Of a stretch of 29,644 nucleotides of DNA, positions 9,372 through 17,717 are shown one piece after another. Position 1 is the first letter of the stretch; each line of letters opens with the position of its first letter. The translations under genes were made by a program, and so were the position numbers. Below the pieces are notes generated by a model, which did no database searches, was not told the DNA's origin, and saw nothing but the letters and a program-made list of their open reading frames with translations. The DNA comes from an uncultured Pseudomonadota bacterium (GTDB lineage Bacteria > SAR324 > NAC60-12). Location: contig CAJWCD010000027.1 in assembly GCA_913020725.1 (NCBI GenBank), positions 1-29,644 of the forward strand, in the 5' to 3' direction.

Positions 9372-9408
9372 AACTCCGCTCAGGTTTCGCGTCCCAACCG
9401 CTTTCCCC

Positions 9409-10875
9409 ATGCACCTGCCCACTCTACTGCATTTGACCGGAGGGGTGCTGTTGGCCATTGCCGGGCTGCTGCTCGTTCCGCTTGGTTGCAGCGTTCTCTA
9501 CCGTGAACCAGATTGGTACGCGCTGCTGCTCACCATTGTCCTGAGCATGAGCGTTGGGATTGTCCTCTGGTTTGGCTTCCGGAAATACCAGCGGCTGGTT
9601 GAGCTCAAAGCCAAGGAAGGCTTTGTGCTGGTCGCCTTCTGCTGGATCGTGATCAATGTCATTTCCACGCTTCCCTTCGTCTGGCATGGCTCGATTCCTT
9701 CGTTCACGAAAGCGTTTTTCGAGGTCATGTCCGGCTACACGACCACGGGCGCAACCGTCCTCACTGACATCGAGGCTTTACCCCACGGACTGCTGCTCTG
9801 GCGCACGCTCACCCATTTTGTTGGCGGCATGGGCGTGGTGGTGTTGTACCTCACCCTCTTTGCCGGAATTGGCTCCAGCGGCCTCCGGCTTTTTCAAGCA
9901 GAGGCCGCTCCGGGACAGAGCGTGGGGGGGCGTCGCTTGATGCCAAGGGTGCGAGAAACCATCCGCTGGCTCTGGGGGATTTACGTTGGGCTCCACGTCA
10001 TCCAAATCACCCTGCTCTGGGCGGGAGGCATGCCCTTCTTTGACGCCTTCATTCACGCCACCAGTTCGATCGCCACGGCGGGCTTCTCGAACCGCAACGG
10101 GAGCCTTGGAGCTTACGGCAGTGCTTATTTCGAGTGGGTCTGCATCATCTTCATGCTGCTGGGCGGGTTGGATTTCACCCTCCAGCACAAATGTTTGGTG
10201 GGGCGTTGGCAGACCGTTTGGAAAAGCACGGAACTCAAAGCCTACTTCGGCATTGTCCTTGTCCTCGGGCTGTTGGCCTCACTGGTCCTTTGGACGCAGA
10301 ACACCCACGGCTCGCTGCTGGACGCGCTGCGTTACGGTTTCTTCCAGGTCGTCTCGATCCTGACCACCACCGGACTTGTCACCGACGACTATTCGCAGTG
10401 GCCGGAAGCGGCACAGGCGCTGATCTTCGTCTGCCTCTTCATCGGTGCCTGTGCAGGCTCCACGACCAGCGGCCTGCGCATCATCCATTTTGTCCTGATC
10501 TGGCGGCACATCCAGCTTGCACTCCGGCACGCAATCCAGCCGCGCTCGGTTCATCCTGTGCGCGTCAGTGGCGAAACCATCGCACCCTCGATCCTTGGAG
10601 CCGCTTTAGGTTACTTTGCGCTCAACATCCTCTATGTGTTGGTGGGTGGTGTGTTGATGACCCTGCTGAGCAAAATGGACTGGTGGAGCGCCTTCAACTC
10701 GGTGATGGCAACGCTTTGGAACATCGGCCCCGCCTTTGGGATGGTCGGCCCCACTGCGAATTTCCGACACATCTCTGATGCCGGAACATGGTTCCTTTCC
10801 TTCACAATGCTCGCCGGGCGGCTTGACATCTATGCCCTGCTCGTCCTCTTCCACCCTGCCTTCTGGCGCCGCTAA
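9409..10875 (+). CDS. trkH: TrkH-family potassium uptake membrane protein
   Basis: FFEVMSGYTTTGAT, GGMGVV, ATAGFS, TTTG, GACAGSTTSG, NIGPAFG, MLAGRL. Confidence 0.93.
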   Translation: MHLPTLLHLTGGVLLAIAGLLLVPLGCSVLYREPDWYALLLTIVLSMSVGIVLWFGFRKYQRLVELKAKEGFVLVAFCWIVINVISTLPFVWHGSIPSFTKAFFEVMSGYTTTGATVLTDIEALPHGLLLWRTLTHFVGGMGVVVLYLTLFAGIGSSGLRLFQAEAAPGQSVGGRRLMPRVRETIRWLWGIYVGLHVIQITLLWAGGMPFFDAFIHATSSIATAGFSNRNGSLGAYGSAYFEWVCIIFMLLGGLDFTLQHKCLVGRWQTVWKSTELKAYFGIVLVLGLLASLVLWTQNTHGSLLDALRYGFFQVVSILTTTGLVTDDYSQWPEAAQALIFVCLFIGACAGSTTSGLRIIHFVLIWRHIQLALRHAIQPRSVHPVRVSGETIAPSILGAALGYFALNILYVLVGGVLMTLLSKMDWWSAFNSVMATLWNIGPAFGMVGPTANFRHISDAGTWFLSFTMLAGRLDIYALLVLFHPAFWRR

Positions 10876-10879
10876 GCGT

Positions 10880-10949
10880 CCGGAGTTGGCACTGGTACGG
10901 CTCTTGCTGAATTTACTTTCAGCAACCTTGCTCCAACTCCGGTGTTTCT
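10880..10949 (+). terminator. Long hairpin after trkH, likely terminator
   Basis: CCGGAGTTGG (10880-10889)/CCAACTCCGG (10933-10942) enclose TTGCTGAA/TTCAGCAA, followed by TGTTTCT. Confidence 0.5.
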
Positions 10950-11139
10950 ATGCCTTTCTTCTCTCGCATTCTCTCAATTTTCAGACTAGCGTCCAAAGCC
11001 GATCCAGCACTGGAGCGTTCGGAACGCTCCGCCAAAATCGCGGTGCAGCGGCTCAAGGCCGATCAAGCACGCCGCGCCTGACTGCGCCTCCTCTCACTTT
11101 CCTTGCGGGAAAGGCCACCCTCCGGAAGCAGTTTTAGGC

Positions 11140-11952
11140 ATGAGCATTCTCAAAGCCTTCTGGTCAACCCTGCGCCCTCCCCACGAGGAACGCCTGCTTT
11201 GGGAACGGCGTTGGCACGACGAAACCGTGCAGGTCTGGGAAAAACCCGGACGCCGAGAACTGCGCTTCAGCAACCACATCATCCAAAGCGCACTCACGCT
11301 CGCCAACCCTGATCATCTGGTGTTGCGCTACCCTCAGCACATGATGCTCGCGCTGTTGCTACGTCCCCAACCGCAGCGTGTGCTGCACCTTGGCTTGGGT
11401 GCTGGATCACTCCCCACTTTTCTGCACCGCTCCTTCCCCAAACTCCAGCAAGTGGTGATTGAACTGATTCCGGAGGTCGCAGAGGCAGCCCACCTCTTTT
11501 TCAATCTGCCCCAGGACTCTCGGCTTGAGGTGCGTATTGCGGATGCCTACGAGGCGATTCCTGACCTCACCGAAGACTTCGATCTCATATTTCTCGACAC
11601 CTTCAACGCCTCTGGCGCTCCGGAGCGCATGAACAGCGAGGCGTTGCTGTCGACGTTGCGGGAACGGCTCGCCCCCGGAGGCTGGGCGGTGGGCAATGCG
11701 TGGAGCAAGGTGAAAACCTTTCCGGAGTACCGCAAACGCTGGACGCGAGTGTTTCCTTACGCCATGCAGGTGAGCACCCAGCCCAGATATGGCAATGTCA
11801 TCTTCTTTGGAACGCTGGACGGTCCCCTGCCCAAACGCAACGAACTGCGCCAACGGGCCTCAAACACTCGCACGGTCGCTCCGCTCAACTTCCGGGAAAT
11901 GTTGGGGCGGCTGGTGGTGCTGGCAGAAAAACCAATCGTTTCAGAGCCGTAG
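11140..11952 (+). CDS. Spermidine synthase-like SAM-dependent transferase
   Basis: IQSAL...LVLRY, VLHLGLGAGSL, VIEL.PEV, DLIFLDTF. Confidence 0.85.
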   Translation: MSILKAFWSTLRPPHEERLLWERRWHDETVQVWEKPGRRELRFSNHIIQSALTLANPDHLVLRYPQHMMLALLLRPQPQRVLHLGLGAGSLPTFLHRSFPKLQQVVIELIPEVAEAAHLFFNLPQDSRLEVRIADAYEAIPDLTEDFDLIFLDTFNASGAPERMNSEALLSTLRERLAPGGWAVGNAWSKVKTFPEYRKRWTRVFPYAMQVSTQPRYGNVIFFGTLDGPLPKRNELRQRASNTRTVAPLNFREMLGRLVVLAEKPIVSEP

Positions 11953-12276
11953 GGTGTTGCACTTACGAGTTGAATCCGCGCCCTTTTCAAAGGGGAAAAT
12001 TTCATCAAATAGAATGCGCTCGCCCCTCTGCTGCTGAGAGAGGGGCTGCTTACGGAGGGTGAGGGCAAGAAGCCTTGGGCTACAGGAGCGAGGCGTTCTT
12101 GAGCGCGTTGGCGATGGGTGGGCTACCTTGGGCGGCTTCGCGCAGGACACGGACAACGGCGGTGAGGGAGAAGCCCTCAGCGTCCCGGCGCTGCGCGGGG
12201 CCGGTTCCACTGCCAGCACGGCTGTAGGTGCAAGAAGACTGGCCATCAGCACCATGCCGATGTAAATGCGGGTCAT
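11941..12276 (-). CDS. Small hypothetical secreted protein (111 aa)
   Basis: AAGAGG RBS before ATG 12276; signal-peptide-like MTRIYIGMVLMASLLAPTAVLA; fills an otherwise empty gap. Confidence 0.5.
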   Translation of the reverse strand: MTRIYIGMVLMASLLAPTAVLAVEPAPRSAGTLRASPSPPLSVSCAKPPKVAHPSPTRSRTPRSCSPRLLALTLRKQPLSQQQRGERILFDEIFPFEKGADSTRKCNTLRL

Positions 12277-12382
12277 GAACCTCTTGGGAGGTGAGCGACA
12301 CAATGCCCCAGATTACCCAACTCCCCACAGAGAGACAAGGGCAATGAGCGCACCCGCTTGGAGCTTTTTCAAATTTTCCGTT

Positions 12383-13330
12383 TTAACCACCGATGCGGGA
12401 CATGCCCAAATCGGAACCAGTGAATGCGGTGGACTGTTTGTAGGTGACGGAGGTGGCAACACGGTTTTGTAGTTCAGTTCCGGGATTGGAATGGTCGAGC
12501 AGATCGCGGATTGAAATTTCTGTGGGGTTACTGAGACAACCGACGAGCTTGCCGTTGGAGGTCAGCCGCAACCGTGAGCAGGTGCTGCAAAACGGAGCGC
12601 TCTCGTTGGGGATGATTCCGAAGAAACCGCCCGGAACCCAGAAGCGTTGAGAGGTGGAATCCGCTTCGGCCTCGGCAGGTGTGTAGGAATAGCGTTCTCC
12701 GATTTTGTCGAGGATTTCCTGCATCGTGAAAAGCGGAAACTCGTTGGACTGGTAAAGCGGCCCCATGCGCATCAGTTCGAGGTAACGCACTTCAATGCCA
12801 TGAGCCAACCCGTAATCGAGCAAATCCACCACCTCGTGGTCGTTCTGTCCGCGCATGACGACCATGTTGAGTTTGATGCGGAGTCCCGCGCCCAATGCGG
12901 CGTCAATGCCCTTGAGGACTTGAGCGACACGCCCTACACGCCCCAGTTTGCGGAAGTTCTCCGGAGCAAGTGAATCCAGACTGACATTGAGGGAACGGAG
13001 TCCGGCCTCGCGGAGCGGCTTGGCGAATTTTTGCAGGGTCAGGGCATTGGTGGTGAGGCCGATGTTCTGGATTCCGGAGTCAGCAATTCCTACGACCAAT
13101 GGAACCAAATCCGGGTAGAGCAGCGGTTCCCCGCCCGTGATCCGGACCTTCTCGATGCCAGCGTGATCGTGCAGCAAACGCACGAGTCGGAGCAGTTCAT
13201 CGGGATGAAGCTGATCCGGCGCGATGCGGTGGTCTCGGAGGCTAGAGACGCAATAAGTACAGGCCATGTTGCAGATCTCGCTCACCGAGATCCGCAACTT
13301 GTTAATGTTGCGACCGTAAGAATCGATCAC
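12383..13330 (-). CDS. moaA: GTP 3',8-cyclase (Moco biosynthesis radical SAM enzyme)
   Basis: DSYGR...LRIS, CxxxCxxC (CNMACTYC), TGGEP, NVSLDSL, CxxCx13C, C-terminal MSRIGG. Confidence 0.95.
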   Translation of the reverse strand: MIDSYGRNINKLRISVSEICNMACTYCVSSLRDHRIAPDQLHPDELLRLVRLLHDHAGIEKVRITGGEPLLYPDLVPLVVGIADSGIQNIGLTTNALTLQKFAKPLREAGLRSLNVSLDSLAPENFRKLGRVGRVAQVLKGIDAALGAGLRIKLNMVVMRGQNDHEVVDLLDYGLAHGIEVRYLELMRMGPLYQSNEFPLFTMQEILDKIGERYSYTPAEAEADSTSQRFWVPGGFFGIIPNESAPFCSTCSRLRLTSNGKLVGCLSNPTEISIRDLLDHSNPGTELQNRVATSVTYKQSTAFTGSDLGMSRIGG

Positions 13331-13334
13331 AGGG

Positions 13335-13435
13335 TTCTCCTTTCCAAAGTAAGGGGAGGCGCCTCTGTTTCCGGAGACACCCTATCGTCCGTGGGACCGT
13401 GGTTGGCACCGTAGGTCCAGCGGATCGGAGAGCCG
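13335..13435 (-). ncRNA. Moco RNA motif (putative molybdenum-cofactor riboswitch)
   Basis: The minus strand reads CTCCGA...GACCTACGGTGCCAACCACGGTC...AGGGTGTCTCCGGAAACAGAGGCGCCTCCCCTTACTTTGGAAAGGAG directly before moaA, matching the characteristic AGGG..GAAA..GCCTCCC..TTTGGAAAGG layout. Confidence 0.87.
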
Positions 13436-13493
13436 ATCAGATGCGGTTGTCAGTCTAGAAAAATGACAAATTGATGAGGTCATGTCAAGCGGA

Positions 13494-14438
13494 TCACTCC
13501 GCTTGTGCCCACGCGAGCAGAGATTCGAGCATTGCGGACTTGAAACGCGGGGCGTCCACTTCCAGTGCCACCTGCACAATGGCCTCCCCCAGCGACTCGC
13601 GACCCCGGCGGTCCACCACGGTCATGCCGCGTGTGAGTTCCCCCCGGACTTCCACAGCGATGTGTCGTGATTCGGTGCGCACCAAATCCGGATGCAGCAC
13701 CACACCTGCGGCCAGTGGATCGTGCAACACACAACGCGGCCAGTCCGTGAGCTTGCCGTAAGCGTCCACCATGAAACGGATGATTTTGAGCAGGAACGCA
13801 GAGCGTTCGTTGTCCAGTGCCTCCAGCGGGGCAAGGTCCGGTTCTTCCAAGTAAACCTCGTGGGTCACATCCAGTCCGATCATCGTGAGGTCGGCCCCAC
13901 TTGCAAAAACAATCTGCGCCGCTTCCGGATCGTTGGCGATGTTCGCTTCTGCAACTGGAGAGACATTTCCAGTGAAAACCGCCCCACCCATCACGACCAC
14001 TTTTTTCAAGCGCTTCGCCAAGTCCGGATCACGTAGCAAGGCCACCGCGATATTGGACAGCGGTGCCGTGGTCAGCAGCACCAGCTCGCCTTCGTGTTCT
14101 CGGCTCAAGCGCAGCAGAAATTCATCTGCAGCTTCCGGAATCACCGAACGCCCCGGCGAATCGAGGTGGGTGTTGCCAAGTCCATCGTCCCCGTGGACAA
14201 ACGGTGCTGGATTGAGCGGAGCAAGCAAGGGTTTGTCCACACCTCGGGCAACGGGGGTGTCGAGTTCTAGCAACTCCAGCACCTTGAGCGTGTTGCGGGT
14301 GGTTTGCTCCACATGCACGTTGCCTCCAACCGTCGTCACTCCCAACAGTTCCACCTGCCCCTGACGTTGCGCGTGGGCGAGGTAGAACAAGGTCAGGGCG
14401 TCATCAATGCCAGTGTCAATATCGGCGATCAGTTTCAT
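13494..14438 (-). CDS. Inosine-uridine preferring nucleoside hydrolase family
   Basis: DIDTGIDDA, VHGDDGLG, MGGA, AEANI..DPEAA, LHDP. Confidence 0.95.
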   Translation of the reverse strand: MKLIADIDTGIDDALTLFYLAHAQRQGQVELLGVTTVGGNVHVEQTTRNTLKVLELLELDTPVARGVDKPLLAPLNPAPFVHGDDGLGNTHLDSPGRSVIPEAADEFLLRLSREHEGELVLLTTAPLSNIAVALLRDPDLAKRLKKVVVMGGAVFTGNVSPVAEANIANDPEAAQIVFASGADLTMIGLDVTHEVYLEEPDLAPLEALDNERSAFLLKIIRFMVDAYGKLTDWPRCVLHDPLAAGVVLHPDLVRTESRHIAVEVRGELTRGMTVVDRRGRESLGEAIVQVALEVDAPRFKSAMLESLLAWAQAE

Positions 14439-14509
14439 CGGCTTGTTCCATCTGTCTGGTTTTTTTAACCTGCGGTGAGTGGCAGACTCCTGAACCGCAA
14501 CTAGCGTTT

Positions 14510-15424
14510 TCAGGAAACAGGCGACTCCACCACCAATTTCTTTCCTGCGACAAGGGAACTCATCAGCGCCATCGTTACAATGGCACTGAGGATCAAGGCC
14601 CCCCCGACCAGTGCAACTCCCGTGGGCGTTTCCCCGAGTCCGATCCAGACCAGAATGGGTCCAGCAATGATCTCGGTGAGGGACAGCAACGTGAGCTCGA
14701 CTGCCGCCAAATGCCGTGAACCTGCGGTGTAAAGCAGAAAACCCAAGCCGATCTGAAACAAACCCATTCCACTACTATAAAGCATATCGAGGGGGAGCAA
14801 CAGGAACCCTTCGGCTTTGGCTAGAATCCCGATGGTCGCAAACAGCGTGGCGAAGCAACTTGCAATGAAAATCGCGGGCAGCATGTCCACCGTGTGCCGC
14901 GCCCGCAGGGACACGGTGAGTCCCGAGAAACCCAGAGCTGCCAACAACGCAAACAGTTCCCCCAGCCCGCGCCCCCACGAAAGCTCTTCTCCAGCCATGA
15001 TGGCCAACCCGATCATGGCGGTGATCATGCAGCCCCAGGTGTAACCTGCGATGCGCTCTCCTAGCAGCACCCGCCCCAGCAACGCCGTGATGAACGGAGC
15101 CGCTGCCAAGATGAACATCGCATTGGCAACGGTGGTGTGTTCAAGGGCGAGGATGTAGCTCATGAAGGCAATGCCCAGGCACAAGCCCCCAACCACTGCC
15201 GGAACTCCAGCATTTGAAAAGGCACGGACGATTCGGGTTCGGTAACAGATTCCCAACCAGAACGCGAGCATGGCCAGCAGCGCCGCCGAGCGATAGAACA
15301 ACACCTGCCACGGAGACGCTTCGGCAATCAATCGGTAGATCAGCCCGGAAGTGCTCCAGAATACGCCTGCCGCAAGGACGAGGGGCACTCCGAGTGTTCG
15401 GTTCGATGGTGGTGGTGCGGTCAC
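14510..15424 (-). CDS. DMT (EamA-like) transporter
   Basis: About 10 hydrophobic helices with EamA-type motifs (FWSTSG, APFITALL.RVLLGE, LTE.I.GP...W...GETP). Start uncertain (GTG 15424; track gives 15529). Confidence 0.9.
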   Translation of the reverse strand: MTAPPPSNRTLGVPLVLAAGVFWSTSGLIYRLIAEASPWQVLFYRSAALLAMLAFWLGICYRTRIVRAFSNAGVPAVVGGLCLGIAFMSYILALEHTTVANAMFILAAAPFITALLGRVLLGERIAGYTWGCMITAMIGLAIMAGEELSWGRGLGELFALLAALGFSGLTVSLRARHTVDMLPAIFIASCFATLFATIGILAKAEGFLLLPLDMLYSSGMGLFQIGLGFLLYTAGSRHLAAVELTLLSLTEIIAGPILVWIGLGETPTGVALVGGALILSAIVTMALMSSLVAGKKLVVESPVS

Positions 15425-15697
15425 AAAAGCAGGTATGAAGAAAGTTCTGGAACCCAGTGGTTCCAGCAAAGAGGTTGGGATGACACCCCGTATCCGATAG
15501 ACTGGTTGACAGCGGTCACCCAAAGTCAAACAATGGGCAGAAATCAGCTTGCCCTGCCGTTGGTCCGATTACAATCCTAACCTGATGATCATGTCTTCGT
15601 GGGTTGGATTCCAACATTCCGGTTGCTTTCAAAAGGGCAAGGGGTGTAAGGTGTTTTCCAGCGATTTGTAAAACTTAAACAAAAGGTACGATTCACG

Positions 15698-16690
15698 ATG
15701 GAAAAGATGCGCGCTACCCGCATGGTCGAGGTGGGCAGAATGGAATGTGAGGAGATCGAAATCCCACGCCTTGTAGACGGACAGGTCATGGTCCGCAGTG
15801 AAATGGCCTCAATCTGCGGAAGCGATCTGCATGTCGTGATGATGGGGGCTGGGCTGGGGCACCCGTGTCCTTGCCCACACGGCTACCCCGGACACGAAGG
15901 CATCGGGATCGTTGTTGAAAGCAAGTCCGTCGACTTGAGCGAGGGCACACATGTTCTCACCTTCCCCAATCCTCCGGTGGGCGAGTGCTTCAACGAATAC
16001 CAGCGCATCGGCCCCAGTTACTGCGTGCCTCTACCGGGTTCGGATTTGCCACGCTCGCAATTGATGATGGCACAACAACTCGGAACCGTGTTGTACGCGA
16101 TGAACCAGAATCCCTGTGATGTGCAGGGTAAAACGGTGGTCGTGATGGGTCAGGGGTCCGCCGGCCTCTTCTGGACCTACTTGCTGAAGCGGGCGGGAGC
16201 GGAGCGAGTGATCGCCGCAGATTTGTCGGATGCCCGGCTTGCCGTTGCCAAGCAGTACGGAGCAGGCGTTTGCATCAACGCCCAGCAGGATGACCTGCTC
16301 GCCGCCGTGAATGACCTCACCAACGGAGAGGGAGCCGATTACGTTGTTGAGGCGGTGGGGCGTTCCGAAACTTTCCTCCAGTCTGTTGATCTGGTGCGGA
16401 CGGACGGTGAGTTGATGTGGTTTGGCTTACCCAGCGTGGATGGCAACATCCCCTTCCAGTTTCAACAATTCTTCCGCAAGCGGCTCAAAGCCATCTCTGA
16501 CTACGGATCACAGGACGAGCCGGGTGCTGCGTCGTTTCGAGAAGCACTGCGGCTCATTGCTGAAAAAGAGATCGATGTGGCCCCGCTCCTCAGTCACATC
16601 TTCAGCGTGGAAGACATCGAAAAAGCGATGCACCTTGCCCACGCGCCACAGGACGCAGGTGCCCTCAAGGTGTCCATTCACTTTGAATGA
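15698..16690 (+). CDS. Zinc-binding (MDR) dehydrogenase
   Basis: ICGSD, GHEG, GQGSAG nucleotide-binding motif, ADYVVEAVG. Confidence 0.92.
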   Translation: MEKMRATRMVEVGRMECEEIEIPRLVDGQVMVRSEMASICGSDLHVVMMGAGLGHPCPCPHGYPGHEGIGIVVESKSVDLSEGTHVLTFPNPPVGECFNEYQRIGPSYCVPLPGSDLPRSQLMMAQQLGTVLYAMNQNPCDVQGKTVVVMGQGSAGLFWTYLLKRAGAERVIAADLSDARLAVAKQYGAGVCINAQQDDLLAAVNDLTNGEGADYVVEAVGRSETFLQSVDLVRTDGELMWFGLPSVDGNIPFQFQQFFRKRLKAISDYGSQDEPGAASFREALRLIAEKEIDVAPLLSHIFSVEDIEKAMHLAHAPQDAGALKVSIHFE

Positions 16691-16748
16691 CCTCCACATC
16701 ATAAACCGTGTCAGCGGCTCATCGTGTGGGGTCGAGGATCACAGGGAT

Positions 16749-16777
16749 TCCCGCAACCGTGATTGAAAGTTGCGGGA
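16749..16777. terminator. Hairpin between convergent genes
   Basis: TCCCGCAAC (16749-16757)/GTTGCGGGA (16769-16777). Confidence 0.45.
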
Positions 16778-16812
16778 GTTGGAGGGAGTAGTAGTGTAAG
16801 AGGGTAGGCTGA

Positions 16813-17307
16813 TCAAGCCGCCACAACGCGCTTCTTGCGGGCGGGCTTTTTCTGTTCGGTCTGAGCAACGGGGACTTCCAGCTTATCACCAAAGAGGAGG
16901 TGCCGCGTGTTGTAGTGTCCGTTGGCGATCACCATCTGCATACCCAGCTTCTTGTCGAAGTTGAAAAGCAGCGGCCCCTGAAGGTTGATCGTGACATCTT
17001 TCAAATCACGGGTCATCGTCACAATCGCCCGGACGCTCACATCCTCCAGATTTTCGGTGTCGAGCTTCTTGAGGTGTTCGGAGGAGACCTCAATCTGGTA
17101 GTCCAAGATCGCAAAATCCGGATCAATGGTGACAAACGCCAGTTCAGGATTGTCGAGCGACTGCATCCACTGGAACGGAGACCCGGACTCGTCCTCCAGT
17201 ATGGCGAAATGCCGATCACTCGTGAACCCCAACATGCCATTGGGCAGGGTCAGGATTTCGCTCTCCTGAATTTCGACTTCTCCAAATCGCGTGGTCTGAA
17301 TCTTCAT
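16813..17307 (-). CDS. fliW: Flagellar assembly factor FliW
   Basis: MKIQTTRFG, G.LGF, PFQWMQS.DNPELAF, TINLQGP; adjacent to csrA. Confidence 0.95.
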   Translation of the reverse strand: MKIQTTRFGEVEIQESEILTLPNGMLGFTSDRHFAILEDESGSPFQWMQSLDNPELAFVTIDPDFAILDYQIEVSSEHLKKLDTENLEDVSVRAIVTMTRDLKDVTINLQGPLLFNFDKKLGMQMVIANGHYNTRHLLFGDKLEVPVAQTEQKKPARKKRVVAA

Positions 17308-17379
17308 GATTCCCTTTTGACAAGTACGACGGTCAACCCGGCGCGGTTTCCTCAGGCTTCCGGAAGTTCCGGATCACCC

Positions 17380-17610
17380 TCACTTTTTACTAAACAACCC
17401 CTTGAGGTTCTTGAGCGACACCGGTGATTCGGCGGCGGCTCGCTTGTTCTCTTCCTGAATGCGGATGTAGACCTCTTCGCGGTGGATCACGTAGCTTCGC
17501 GGAGCATCGATGCCAATCCGGACTTGCTTGCCCTTGACTTCGATGACCGTGATTTTAACGTCATCCCCGATCGTGATGCTTTCACCCGACTTCCTTGTCA
17601 GTATCAGCAT
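17380..17610 (-). CDS. csrA: Carbon storage regulator CsrA
   Basis: [17 protein letters not shown]...VRIGIDAP...[12 protein letters not shown]. Confidence 0.97.
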   Translation of the reverse strand: MLILTRKSGESITIGDDVKITVIEVKGKQVRIGIDAPRSYVIHREEVYIRIQEENKRAAAESPVSLKNLKGLFSKK

Positions 17611-17717
17611 GCCTGTCCACTGGATTTTCCCCGGCAGGCACAACTTGTTGTTCCGGTGGTGGCGGTAAATTCACCAGAACTGTGCCCATGTGGGGACGAT
17701 TACTATCACAACGCCGA

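Noticed and set aside
16813..17610. csrA-fliW pair and short FlgJ as novelty
   Set aside because: Both are established arrangements in many flagellated bacteria.
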